Of a DNA stretch of 31,339 nucleotides, positions 1 through 7,974 are shown piece by piece. The stretch is taken from positions 1-31,339 of IMG/VR virus record IMGVR_UViG_3300030104_002171. One strand, written 5' to 3'. Source of the DNA: a virus. Taxonomy: Duplodnaviria > Caudoviricetes. Within the stretch, counting starts at the first letter, position 1; every line of letters begins with the position of its first letter. The notes beneath the pieces are model-generated. The model was not told the DNA's origin. It saw only the letters and a program-made list of their open reading frames with translations, and did no database searches. The position numbers were made by a program, and so were the translations under genes.

Positions 1-195
1 AATATAGAATGTATAGATGTCATCAAAGCATCTATGTCTCATAAAGAGTTTTGTGCATATCTTAAAGGACAAATATTTCGTTATCTTTGGAGATATGAAC
101 ATAAGCACAAAGAGCCATTGGATGACTTACAAAAATCCCAATGGTATTTAAACAAACTAATAGAAGAGGTCAGCAATGAGACTAAACAAAAGTGA
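1..195 (+). CDS. DUF3310 (T7 gp1.7/SaV-like) protein, 3' part; continues from 31221 across the junction
   Basis: Frame 1 reads IECIDVIKASMSHKEFCAYLKGQIFRYLWRYEHKHKEPLDDLQKSQWYLNKL, with stop TGA at 193-195. This matches the typical YLWR...DLxKxxWYL motif. Confidence 0.85.
   Translation, partial: NIECIDVIKASMSHKEFCAYLKGQIFRYLWRYEHKHKEPLDDLQKSQWYLNKLIEEVSNETKQK
2..77. repeat. Terminal direct repeat, left copy (assembly circularisation overlap)
   Basis: 76 bp identical to 31264-31339 (atatagaatg...acaaatatt). Confidence 0.97.
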
Positions 196-391
196 CAAGA
201 TTAGAAAGTGGTTTGTCAAAAGAGGTAGAGCAACCAACAGAGAAGTAATCCACAAGTTCGATTTTATACATGGTATTTCAAATATCGTTTATGAAATGAA
301 GAAGAAAGGTCATAAGATTGACACCGATAGAGTTCACACAAAAGACAGTCATTATGATGTATATATTTATAGAGGTAAAAGCAATGTATGA
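176..391 (+). CDS. Small basic winged-HTH-like protein
   Basis: Overlaps the previous gene and has the RBS gagg. The pattern T-x-R-E...I-Y-E-M-K-K-K-G-H-K-I-D-T resembles small phage winged-HTH proteins. Confidence 0.6.
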   Translation: MRLNKSDKIRKWFVKRGRATNREVIHKFDFIHGISNIVYEMKKKGHKIDTDRVHTKDSHYDVYIYRGKSNV

Positions 392-485
392 GAAAATAAA
401 AGAAGTATTTGATGATATTCCTGATTTTTGGAAAGCAGTAATATTCGTTAGCATAATTAGTTTATTTTGGGATATACTGTTATAG
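384..485 (+). CDS. 33-aa single-TM peptide (MYEKIKEVFDDIPDFWKAVIFVSIISLFWDILL)
   Basis: Read by hand. RBS gaggt about 8 nt upstream, overlaps the upstream stop, hydrophobic C-terminal half. Confidence 0.6.
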   Translation: MYEKIKEVFDDIPDFWKAVIFVSIISLFWDILL

Positions 486-502
486 AGGTTCATATAATAA
501 CA

Positions 503-582
503 TAAGAAAGTATTACTCGCTTTCTTACATTATCCTTTCAATGACTCTCTGTATACAGTTCTCACCCCTTTATACAGAGAGT
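503..582. other. Two intergenic hairpins (terminator or structured RNA)
   Basis: taagaaag (503-510) pairs with ctttctta (520-527). actctctgtata (544-555) pairs with tatacagagagt (571-582). Confidence 0.6.
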
Positions 583-693
583 TTCCTCAAATATTGGATA
601 CATACCACTCAATCTAGTGAAAACAGCCAAAATCGACCTATAACGAGGTCTAAAGGTGATATATTTTATTTGTATAAACATCTTAATTTAATA

Positions 694-723
694 TTGCATA
701 TTGATACATTTTGGGTATATAAT
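694..723 (+). promoter_or_regulatory. Sigma70-type early promoter with an operator in the spacer
   Basis: TTGCAT-18-TATAAT. The spacer contains ATACATTTTGGGT (704-716). Confidence 0.7.
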
Positions 724-755
724 GATTATATAAACTAAATATTAGGAGAAAAAAT

Positions 756-998
756 ATGAATGCACTAGAAAAATTAAAAAGTTATAGTACAACAGAAACT
801 ATGGCTAATATGATAAATCAGCTACTAGGTGAAACGAAACCAACTCTACAGGCTTATTTAAGAGATTTCAAAAAACATGATGACAAGAATCACATGCTTT
901 TGGCAGAAATTACTGAGACAGTAATTCAATTTAAAAAAGACCAAGCTAGAGCAAGAAAAATGTTTACTAGGATAGAAAATAGAGTTCTTAACAAGTAA
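756..998 (+). CDS. Hypothetical early protein, 80 aa
   Basis: Strong RBS aggag within the shared leader; first gene after the promoter. Confidence 0.8.
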   Translation: MNALEKLKSYSTTETMANMINQLLGETKPTLQAYLRDFKKHDDKNHMLLAEITETVIQFKKDQARARKMFTRIENRVLNK

Positions 999-1008
999 AT
1001 ATAAAAAG

Positions 1009-1049
1009 AGTGTGGGTGTCACTTAAACCACCCAAAAATAAACTAAATA
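1009..1049 (+). repeat. 41-bp intergenic direct repeat, copy 1 (hairpin plus leader)
   Basis: agtgtgggtgtcacttaaaccacccaaaaataaactaaata, identical to 1378-1418, with an internal stem tgggtg/caccca. Confidence 0.95.
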
Positions 1050-1064
1050 TTAGGAGATAAAAAA

Positions 1065-1370
1065 ATGACAACTTTAAAAGCAAAATATGAAAATCAAATC
1101 GAAGATTTTTACAAAAAAGGGTCAACTAGTGAGGACAGACCATATTACATTCAACTTACTAATAAGAAAGTGGATGGGAAAAAAACATACTGGTTTCAAA
1201 TAATGAATCGTTATGATGTTGAAGAGTCAATATTTGAGGCAGACTCATCAACAGTTAATGGTGGTATTCTTCGTGCAATGGATGACTGTGATATCATGAA
1301 TGAATCTTATTTTGAATCTTATCATGAGGATAGACTGTGGTTGATAGACAACGACAAATCTTTTTCTTAA
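1065..1370 (+). CDS. Hypothetical acidic early protein, 101 aa
   Basis: RBS aggag; bounded by the two 41-bp repeats. Confidence 0.8.
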   Translation: MTTLKAKYENQIEDFYKKGSTSEDRPYYIQLTNKKVDGKKTYWFQIMNRYDVEESIFEADSSTVNGGILRAMDDCDIMNESYFESYHEDRLWLIDNDKSFS

Positions 1371-1377
1371 AACGAAC

Positions 1378-1418
1378 AGTGTGGGTGTCACTTAAACCAC
1401 CCAAAAATAAACTAAATA
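1378..1418 (+). repeat. 41-bp intergenic direct repeat, copy 2
   Basis: Identical to 1009-1049. Confidence 0.95.
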
Positions 1419-1429
1419 GGAGTTAAAAA

Positions 1430-1915
1430 ATGAAAAAGTTAAAATTTGAACAAAGACTAAAGGCGAAATTTGTTATCTCAAAACATGCTTACCTTGAAAA
1501 ACTAAAAACATTGTTAGTAGGTAAGAGGTTGACAAGATGCTTTGAAGTTAAATATAAAGGTCTAGATAACGTAGATAACGTAATATTTAAAATAGGTTTT
1601 ACTATTAATGAACGATTTTTAAGCGCATGTGCATTAATGGAACACCCAGAATCTTTATTTAATATAGAAATTAAAGGTGAGGGTACCCAAGCTCAAATCG
1701 ATAAACTTTATGAGGAATATCAAAATCTTTTTAATGAATATGCGAATCTACTTGATGATATATCAGAGTTAGATGATGATGTATCACTCGATATACCCAA
1801 TATTGTATTTGGGTTGTTGAGAGATAAATCTGAGTTAAAATCAGAAATCAAAAAACTAGAAAAAAAATTAAGTCGTATCGAACAAGTATTGGAAGATACA
1901 ATCGCAACTGCTTAA
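1430..1915 (+). CDS. Hypothetical early protein with C-terminal coiled coil, 161 aa
   Basis: RBS aggag; heptad-like ELKSEIKKLEKKLSRIEQVLE. Confidence 0.8.
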   Translation: MKKLKFEQRLKAKFVISKHAYLEKLKTLLVGKRLTRCFEVKYKGLDNVDNVIFKIGFTINERFLSACALMEHPESLFNIEIKGEGTQAQIDKLYEEYQNLFNEYANLLDDISELDDDVSLDIPNIVFGLLRDKSELKSEIKKLEKKLSRIEQVLEDTIATA

Positions 1916-1930
1916 CTTTATCAAACCAAG

Positions 1931-1963
1931 AGAAAGACCAGACTCAGTTCTGGTCTTTTTTTT
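1931..1963. terminator. Intrinsic terminator between the convergent early and late operons, probably bidirectional
   Basis: aaagaccaga-ctcagt-tctggtcttt followed by a T-run; purine/A-rich on the other side. Confidence 0.85.
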
Positions 1964-2585
1964 ATAAGACCTCTGAACAACTAAAAGAGAAACTGTAATT
2001 AGAGGTTCTATCAGCGTTCCATGTCAATTCATTAGAGTCCATTCTCATAACTGCTTTCGTGTTTGTATAATTGATAGTGGCATCATTACTTAATGCTACT
2101 TTTAAAGGTGGTTCTATGTTCATGGTAGCATTTCCAGAACTATTAGATGTGCAGTCTGCAATTAAAATATGGAGTTTAGACGTTGCACCTGTTCCAAATT
2201 GAACATAATCCCCTTTTTTAAAAACAGTTGCAGATGCAGATGCACCTTTGATAGCAATGTCAAAAGCACCCACTGAGTGTGACCCATTAACAGTTGGTGA
2301 AGATGTTTCAGCACCTCTAATTGTTTTTGCATCTGGGTCGCCAAGTAAAAATGTCCCAAATCTTCCATGTAGTTGCATAAAGAACGCTTGAAACTCTACA
2401 GCATCAACTCTTCTCATTGGTGGTAAAGTCACTGTGGTTTGCCACCTAGCACCAGTAAATTCATGTGCAACTTGTGAATATGTAAATGGACTTTCAGTAA
2501 CAGCAACCGATTTTATAATTCTCCATTCTGAAGTTGTAAAACCAACATTGGTGGGTAGAGTTAATGGATAACTAGGACTTCCCAC
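1962..2585 (-). CDS. Distal tail protein (Dit)-like
   Basis: Directly after the tape measure (TAG/ATG overlap). Motifs SPFTYSQ...RWQTTVTLPP...FFMQLHGRFGTF and IEPPL. Confidence 0.7.
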   Translation of the reverse strand: MGSPSYPLTLPTNVGFTTSEWRIIKSVAVTESPFTYSQVAHEFTGARWQTTVTLPPMRRVDAVEFQAFFMQLHGRFGTFLLGDPDAKTIRGAETSSPTVNGSHSVGAFDIAIKGASASATVFKKGDYVQFGTGATSKLHILIADCTSNSSGNATMNIEPPLKVALSNDATINYTNTKAVMRMDSNELTWNADRTSNYSFSFSCSEVL

Positions 2586-4627
2586 TATGCACCAAATGTC
2601 CTTGCAAAAGAGCCACCACGACTTCTGGTTTCTGCTACTGCATTTATTGTTTCTTGTTTTATAGTAGGTAACATGTTGAGTATTTCTGCTCTAACAGTCG
2701 GAACTATGCCTGTGCTGAAATTGAGTGATTGATTTACAGTTATGCCACCACCTAAATCACTATTGCTTACTACATTGGATGCAGTTCGAGGGACTAGTAA
2801 TTCAGCACCTCTCTCACCTACCATTATTGGTTTATTCGGTGCTACGAATCCACCATTTGCAAAGTTAAGAAGACTCGATATTGCACCAAGAAAACCACTA
2901 CCAACATTATCAACAACAGTCGGTGCTAATTGTGTCCCAATTACATCTCCCTGAGCATTAAGTAATTGTGAACCAACATTCAAACCTGCGACATTCGACA
3001 TAGTTGTAGTTCCTGCAAAAGTACCTAAACCACCAGATAAAGCAGTGCCTATTGTACTTCCTGTAATACTTTTTCCAATACTTCCTAAAGTTATGTCACC
3101 ACCTTGTAAACCAGTCAATGCCTGTTTAAGACTTCTTATCAATGGTTCTATAATTAGAATTTGTGCTATAGTTGATACTATTTGAATTTTAAGATTCTCA
3201 AATATATTATTAAAAGCATCTCTAAAACTTTCTCCTGCAACAATACTCCTACCCAGTGCATCAGATATTTCTTTTCCAGAATCATCAAAAGACTTTCCGA
3301 CTTCTTCGGTCATGTCTTTAATTTGTGACTGGGATATAATTAACACATCGTTTGCCTCAGCAACATCTTTTGTGACTTTTGGAAGATTTTTCATGATACT
3401 ATTATATATACCAAGACGTTTTAGATTTTCGCTTATTTCATCGTTAGTTAAAGTTACACTTTTTTTAACTTTTTTAAATTCTAAATTTAGTTTACCTACT
3501 AAAATATTTAAAATTGGATATAAATCAATTAACTTATTAAAACTTTGAAGGCGTATCCCCAAAGGAGAATCTGGGTCGGCATCTTTTGAAACTTTTTCAC
3601 TTTCTTCTTTAAAAGATTTAATTGCATTAGTAACTATTGGAAGCAAAGTCCCTATGGTAATTAACGAAACTGCTAACTTATTGGAACTTTTAATAAAACC
3701 TACTAATGCTACACCTGTTGTTGTTAATAAAAAAGCACCAAATGCCTTTAAACCCGTGATAATTTCATCTAAATTTCTTGCAACAAAACGTAACGCCTCT
3801 GCTAATTTTCTACCTATTGTTTTACCAAGTTCAGTGACAACTTTTTCACTTTCTTCTAAACTTGTATTTAATTCTTTAAACTGTTCTTTAAGAACAACCA
3901 TAAACTCATCAGATACAGCTTTTCTGAATTGAAATAGTTTGTCTTGTAACATGGATATAGTACCTGTTAGTGTGTTTGCTAAATCTCCTGTTACACCACC
4001 AAACTCACCACCCTTACCAAACTTATCTTTAAATGCTTTTATCGTATCAGTTAAGGACACCTCTGCACCTGCTTGAAATCCAAGCATTGCCTTGACGCCA
4101 CGTTCTCTGAATAAATCGGCACTCGATATGGAACTGGAGAACGACCTCTGAATCTGCTCTGATGTTACTCTAAAATCTAAACCTGTTGCACCTGCTACGT
4201 TACCAGTGATTTCTAAAAGTTCTGCTAACTCATCTGCATCTTTGGCAACAACTGCCAGACTTCCTGATGCTTGTTGTATTTGTTCAAGAGTAAAAGGCAC
4301 TCTAGATGCAAATTTGACCATAACGTCAAATGCTCTTGCACCCTCATCAGCAGAACGAAATAAGGACTTGAGTCTTACTTGCAAATCTTCAATTTGACGA
4401 CCAACACCAATGACTTTGGCTATTTGGAATCCACCGAAAGCAACACCGAGTAAAGTTCCGAATTTTAATACTCTACGACCAATGTTATCTAGTGATTTGC
4501 CAAGGTCGTTAAAAGATTTTGACATTCCACCAGATGATTTTTTGACTTGTGAATTTGCCTTATCAAGACCTTTCTTTAAGTCTGATAAATCTGCCTCAAT
4601 TTTGACAACTAATTTTTCTAAATCCAT
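2585..4627 (-). CDS. Tail tape measure protein
   Basis: N-terminal LEKLVVKIEAD, tape-measure domain FASRVPFTLEQI, and lambda-H-like C-terminal FANGG...MVGERGAEL. Follows the chaperone genes. Confidence 0.92.
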   Translation of the reverse strand: MDLEKLVVKIEADLSDLKKGLDKANSQVKKSSGGMSKSFNDLGKSLDNIGRRVLKFGTLLGVAFGGFQIAKVIGVGRQIEDLQVRLKSLFRSADEGARAFDVMVKFASRVPFTLEQIQQASGSLAVVAKDADELAELLEITGNVAGATGLDFRVTSEQIQRSFSSSISSADLFRERGVKAMLGFQAGAEVSLTDTIKAFKDKFGKGGEFGGVTGDLANTLTGTISMLQDKLFQFRKAVSDEFMVVLKEQFKELNTSLEESEKVVTELGKTIGRKLAEALRFVARNLDEIITGLKAFGAFLLTTTGVALVGFIKSSNKLAVSLITIGTLLPIVTNAIKSFKEESEKVSKDADPDSPLGIRLQSFNKLIDLYPILNILVGKLNLEFKKVKKSVTLTNDEISENLKRLGIYNSIMKNLPKVTKDVAEANDVLIISQSQIKDMTEEVGKSFDDSGKEISDALGRSIVAGESFRDAFNNIFENLKIQIVSTIAQILIIEPLIRSLKQALTGLQGGDITLGSIGKSITGSTIGTALSGGLGTFAGTTTMSNVAGLNVGSQLLNAQGDVIGTQLAPTVVDNVGSGFLGAISSLLNFANGGFVAPNKPIMVGERGAELLVPRTASNVVSNSDLGGGITVNQSLNFSTGIVPTVRAEILNMLPTIKQETINAVAETRSRGGSFARTFGA

Positions 4628-4629
4628 AG

Positions 4630-4845
4630 CTATACGTCTGGGTACATTTCTTTCATTTTTTCAAGTTCACCTTTGTCCATAGGTTTCTCGGTCTTACCTG
4701 TATTATATTCTCTAAAACCTTTGATTGCTAGACTTACCTCATAGACAGACATATCCCAAAATTCACTGGGTTGTATACCAATCATGCCTACAAGCACTTC
4801 ATAGTATCTTTGAATTGGAAATTCTAAATCAGAATCTGTTACGTT
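4630..4845 (-). CDS. Tail assembly chaperone T segment (reached by -1 frameshift; not in the ORF track)
   Basis: The -1 frame reads NVTDSDLEFPIQRYYEVLVGMIGIQPSEFWDMSVYEVSLAIKGFREYNTGKTEKPMDKGELEKMKEMYPDV*. The PxxFWxM...PD ending is typical of GTA-type chaperones. Confidence 0.8.
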   Translation of the reverse strand, partial: NVTDSDLEFPIQRYYEVLVGMIGIQPSEFWDMSVYEVSLAIKGFREYNTGKTEKPMDKGELEKMKEMYPDV

Positions 4846-5183
4846 TTTTTTTGAAGTGTGTCTGGATTATCTTCGCCAGTATCAAGAGCCAGTGTTAAGA
4901 GTTCACCACACATTTTAAGACTTTCAACTAATCCAACCTCTGCGACCATCTGTTTCATATCAGAATCTTTTATATCATTGCCACCTGCTCTAATAGACAA
5001 TACAAGGATTGTAATAGTTTCTCCCATAGTCAAATCGGCACTTGCTAACTTAGTTCCGACTTTAAGGATAGAACATCCTAATGCTTGTTCTATTTTTAAT
5101 ATTACGTCTAATGATATTCTTGCAGTGTAAGTTTTATCACCAAATTCAAGTTGTTTTTCTGCTCTTAGTTTGTTTTGACTCAT
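4839..5183 (-). CDS. Tail assembly chaperone G (GTA gp10-like)
   Basis: Lies between tail tube and tape measure. N..R.E..L..G...Y..R.S...I..IE..LG motif; ends in the slippery site. Confidence 0.8.
   Translation of the reverse strand: MSQNKLRAEKQLEFGDKTYTARISLDVILKIEQALGCSILKVGTKLASADLTMGETITILVLSIRAGGNDIKDSDMKQMVAEVGLVESLKMCGELLTLALDTGEDNPDTLQKKT
4843..4853 (-). promoter_or_regulatory. Programmed -1 ribosomal frameshift slippery site
   Basis: C AAA AAA AAA C (A9) just before the chaperone stop codon, in lambda G/GT position. Confidence 0.8.
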
Positions 5184-5397
5184 TTGATTTGCCTCTCAAA
5201 GTTAGTTTAATCATTTCATCTCTAGCACCTACATTGACTGCATGTGTTATTGTGAATGACTTTGAATCTATTTCGACAGAACCGAGATTATCCCAACCTT
5301 TGAAGTATGGTACTTCGACTTCTGCTTGTTTGCCTGTAGTGTTTACCATAGCATCATAACTTTTATTGTTGATGCTAATTTTTTTGCTAATCCACAC
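5146..5397 (-). CDS. Hypothetical beta-rich protein, 83 aa
   Basis: GTG start 2 nt after the tail tube stop; fills the operon gap. Confidence 0.7.
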   Translation of the reverse strand: MWISKKISINNKSYDAMVNTTGKQAEVEVPYFKGWDNLGSVEIDSKSFTITHAVNVGARDEMIKLTLRGKSNESKQTKSRKTT

Positions 5398-5399
5398 GA

Positions 5400-5813
5400 T
5401 TATACACTTGCAATGGTTATTGTTCCTGCACTCTCAAACGTAATCGAATATTGTGCAGAATCATTGTATGTTCCAGAGTATTCAATAGAACTGACGTGAA
5501 AAGCACCAGTAAATGTTTTGAAGTCTGGGACAATGAACTGATAGTTAGTAAATGATGCACTTGCAAAGTCACTTTGTACTGTACCTATTGATGCACCATC
5601 ATCGAAAATACCAGTACCAGTGACAGTGAAACTCTCTACACCGCCATCAGCTAATAAAGTTCTAACATTAGATGAATCTTTGTTTGTAACATCAATCATC
5701 TCTTGATTCATTGAAATACTTGTATCTCTTAGTCCACCAATGGTCGTAAAAGTTTCTGGTGAGCCACCATTACCTACTTTCATTAAAACTGCACTTCCTT
5801 TCTGAACTGCCAT
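5400..5813 (-). CDS. Major tail tube protein (TP901-1/GTA family)
   Basis: MAVQKG...FTTIGGLR...IDVTNKDS...LLADGG...TGIF...FESAG signature; RBS gaggt. Confidence 0.92.
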   Translation of the reverse strand: MAVQKGSAVLMKVGNGGSPETFTTIGGLRDTSISMNQEMIDVTNKDSSNVRTLLADGGVESFTVTGTGIFDDGASIGTVQSDFASASFTNYQFIVPDFKTFTGAFHVSSIEYSGTYNDSAQYSITFESAGTITIASV

Positions 5814-5823
5814 AATTTACCTC

Positions 5824-6231
5824 TTAATTATCATATATTGTAAAATTTATATTCACTATACCATGTCTAGTGATTCCATCTGCCTCTCTAAGTGTCGTTA
5901 CATTCGTAACATAACTCATAACAGAGTCAGTGCCACTGACACTAATAGTTTTATCATGGCACAAAACATATATTTGTTCCATAATTTCTTTAATCTCTTT
6001 TTGTCCTCTATATTGTGACCAGACGTCTATATCTACATTATAGACATTTCCATCGACTGTTTTTGTACCAATATTGCTAACTGTTTCCAGTCCAATTTGA
6101 ATATATGGATAAGTTGTGTCTTCTGGCACATTGTCAAATATTTTATTGTTGCCAACCAAACCATCGAGTGTACTGTCGTTATTCAACAGACTATAAATAG
6201 CTGATTGTAAATCGAATGAATGATACCCCAT
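5824..6231 (-). CDS. Tail terminator/completion protein (DUF3168)
   Basis: LQSAIYSLL...IFDNVP...YPYIQIG...IDVWS...DGITRHG. Confidence 0.88.
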   Translation of the reverse strand: MGYHSFDLQSAIYSLLNNDSTLDGLVGNNKIFDNVPEDTTYPYIQIGLETVSNIGTKTVDGNVYNVDIDVWSQYRGQKEIKEIMEQIYVLCHDKTISVSGTDSVMSYVTNVTTLREADGITRHGIVNINFTIYDN

Positions 6232-6656
6232 TAGTCCACCAGTATTGTCTTTGCTATCTTATTTGCGAAAATCCTCGTAAGATTATATGCTTTTGAATCT
6301 CTACCCATAAATGGTCTATCCATTACCAATTCTAATCTCTCTGAATACTCTACATTTGTTTTTATCTTTGCGGTTGGATTTTTGCTAAAACCAGTCGCAG
6401 GACTGACCGCAATACTTGAAACCAAACGAGTTGTATCTATTGCAGGTGGATTTCCTACCGATGATGCAATATGTGTCTTTTTGCCTCTTTTGTATTCTCT
6501 ACCAGTCTTAGGTGTATTTCTCATGCCTAAAGTTATTTGTGTTCTAAAATAGTTTGCAACCCTGTTAACATGTCTTATGGCATTTCTTGTAATAATCTGG
6601 TCTGCTTTTTTAACATCATTCGGTATGGTGTTTGATATTTGGACTTGTATACCCAT
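6231..6656 (-). CDS. HK97 gp10-like neck/tail component
   Basis: HIAS..GNPPAIDTTRL...NVEYSERLE...RPFM; expected position. Confidence 0.8.
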   Translation of the reverse strand: MGIQVQISNTIPNDVKKADQIITRNAIRHVNRVANYFRTQITLGMRNTPKTGREYKRGKKTHIASSVGNPPAIDTTRLVSSIAVSPATGFSKNPTAKIKTNVEYSERLELVMDRPFMGRDSKAYNLTRIFANKIAKTILVD

Positions 6657-6985
6657 TAAGTTGCCACTCCCTGTGTTGCTAATATCTCTTGAAACTTTTT
6701 ACGACCCTCTTCAATATCTTTGATATATGTAATATTAAATGTTTTAGAATCGTATGAAATTCTGTGCTTTGTTGTAAGAGATGATAAAAACCTTATGGTA
6801 AATCTAAAACTAGATGTATCTCTAATCTGGTCTCCAAAAAAACCCTCAGAACCAGATAGATTTTCTGCTTTACCCCATACTGTTGTAAGTGTTGAGTAAG
6901 AAGTGCTTTGACCACCACCTGCATCAGTTGAACCACCAAGTGTCTGTATGACGAGTCTGTTACGCATTTCACCTATTAGAGACAT
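6656..6985 (-). CDS. Head closure (stopper) protein, SPP1 gp16-like
   Basis: IGEMRNRLVIQ...DAGGG...TVWG...FTIRF...RISYD..FNI. Confidence 0.9.
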   Translation of the reverse strand: MSLIGEMRNRLVIQTLGGSTDAGGGQSTSYSTLTTVWGKAENLSGSEGFFGDQIRDTSSFRFTIRFLSSLTTKHRISYDSKTFNITYIKDIEEGRKKFQEILATQGVAT

Positions 6986-7659
6986 TATAACATCCCACCA
7001 TAGTGTGCAGTGCCTCTATATGGATGCGTAGAGAACTGTCTGATTACATAAGGTTGTAATATTCTTGTAGCTGAAAATGGTGCTGATATGACCTTATCTG
7101 TAGCGTTGTCACCTCTGTTCTCAAATAAGTGTGCAAAATACATAAGACAAGCATGTTTGATATCTTCTGGTACATCACTTGCCCCGCCATAACCTGCTAC
7201 ATAAGTAATTTCTATTGCATTTGCTACTCTAAGTCCTGTTGGATAACTTTCACCATTTCTCAATACAAATCTTGCAGGGACGCTAATTTTATCAAGATAA
7301 TATTTGGAACTTGCAAAGGTGGTTTCTGTATCAGCATCATCAAATGATTTTACATGAGTAATTGATGCAACTGGTGATGCAGGTAAAATAATACTTCTGC
7401 GATTAATATCTTGGTCTATGCCTACATATTGACCCTCTCTGATATCAATATCAGTGTCATAGATAGAATCTATAGCCATTTTAAGAGTTCTGGTCGTCAA
7501 ACTCCTACCAGTGTAATCTCTTGCCCAATTATGAGATGCTTTGATTAATGCAGTGATAACAGTATCGTCATCACTACCATCTATTCTAAGCCAATTCTTG
7601 ACTTCTGTGCTTGTGATTGCAAATGCTGTTTCAGATGTTACTACACTTAATCCTGACAT
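6985..7659 (-). CDS. Head-tail connector (HK97 gp6/phiE125 gp8-like)
   Basis: EVKNWLRID..DDDTVI...YTGRSL...ITYVAGYG...VPEDIKHA...HLFENR; RBS gagga. Confidence 0.9.
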   Translation of the reverse strand: MSGLSVVTSETAFAITSTEVKNWLRIDGSDDDTVITALIKASHNWARDYTGRSLTTRTLKMAIDSIYDTDIDIREGQYVGIDQDINRRSIILPASPVASITHVKSFDDADTETTFASSKYYLDKISVPARFVLRNGESYPTGLRVANAIEITYVAGYGGASDVPEDIKHACLMYFAHLFENRGDNATDKVISAPFSATRILQPYVIRQFSTHPYRGTAHYGGML

Positions 7660-7687
7660 TTAATCCTCATTTAATTAATATAATACT

Positions 7688-7753
7688 TCAATCATCCCAA
7701 AAAATAATCAAAAATGCTAATAATAATGCACATAATAACGCATACAAAATCAT
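7688..7753 (-). CDS. 21-aa hydrophobic peptide (MILYALLCALLLAFLIIFWDD)
   Basis: Read by hand; ATGA overlap with the upstream stop. Confidence 0.45.
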   Translation of the reverse strand: MILYALLCALLLAFLIIFWDD

Positions 7754-7974
7754 TGCATCAGTGGATTTTCTTCTTTTTTCTCTAACTCTTCGATTTTCAA
7801 TTCTAAAATTTGTATCTTGGTTGCATTGATTTCCATTTGTTTAATATCTGGAAAAGACCTCGATTCGACTTCTGTAAGGCGTGTCTTAATTGAGCCAAAA
7901 GTAGCAAAACCACCACCTATCACAGTCACAATAGATAACAATACACCCCAAGTTTTTATATCTTTAAAATCCAT
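7750..7974 (-). CDS. N-terminal TM plus coiled-coil protein, 74 aa
   Basis: TM segment WGVLLSIVTVIGGGFATFG followed by heptads; RBS aggag. Confidence 0.75.
   Translation of the reverse strand: MDFKDIKTWGVLLSIVTVIGGGFATFGSIKTRLTEVESRSFPDIKQMEINATKIQILELKIEELEKKEENPLMQ

Noticed and set aside
2-77. Terminal repeat as a biological DTR or att site
   Set aside because: It is k-mer sized and falls inside a coding sequence, so assembly overlap is the simpler explanation.
278-493. Minus-strand ORFs 278-493, 28474-28692, 29464-29787, 29781-29993, 31134-31334 and 19771-19956
   Set aside because: Antisense to better-supported plus-strand genes.
541-738. 65-aa ORF in the intergenic region
   Set aside because: No RBS; it runs through hairpins and the early promoter.
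1009-1418. 41-bp repeats as a CRISPR array, attC sites or IS ends
   Set aside because: Only two full copies separated by a whole gene; no cas, integrase or transposase; no attC RYYYAAC/GTTRRRY pair.
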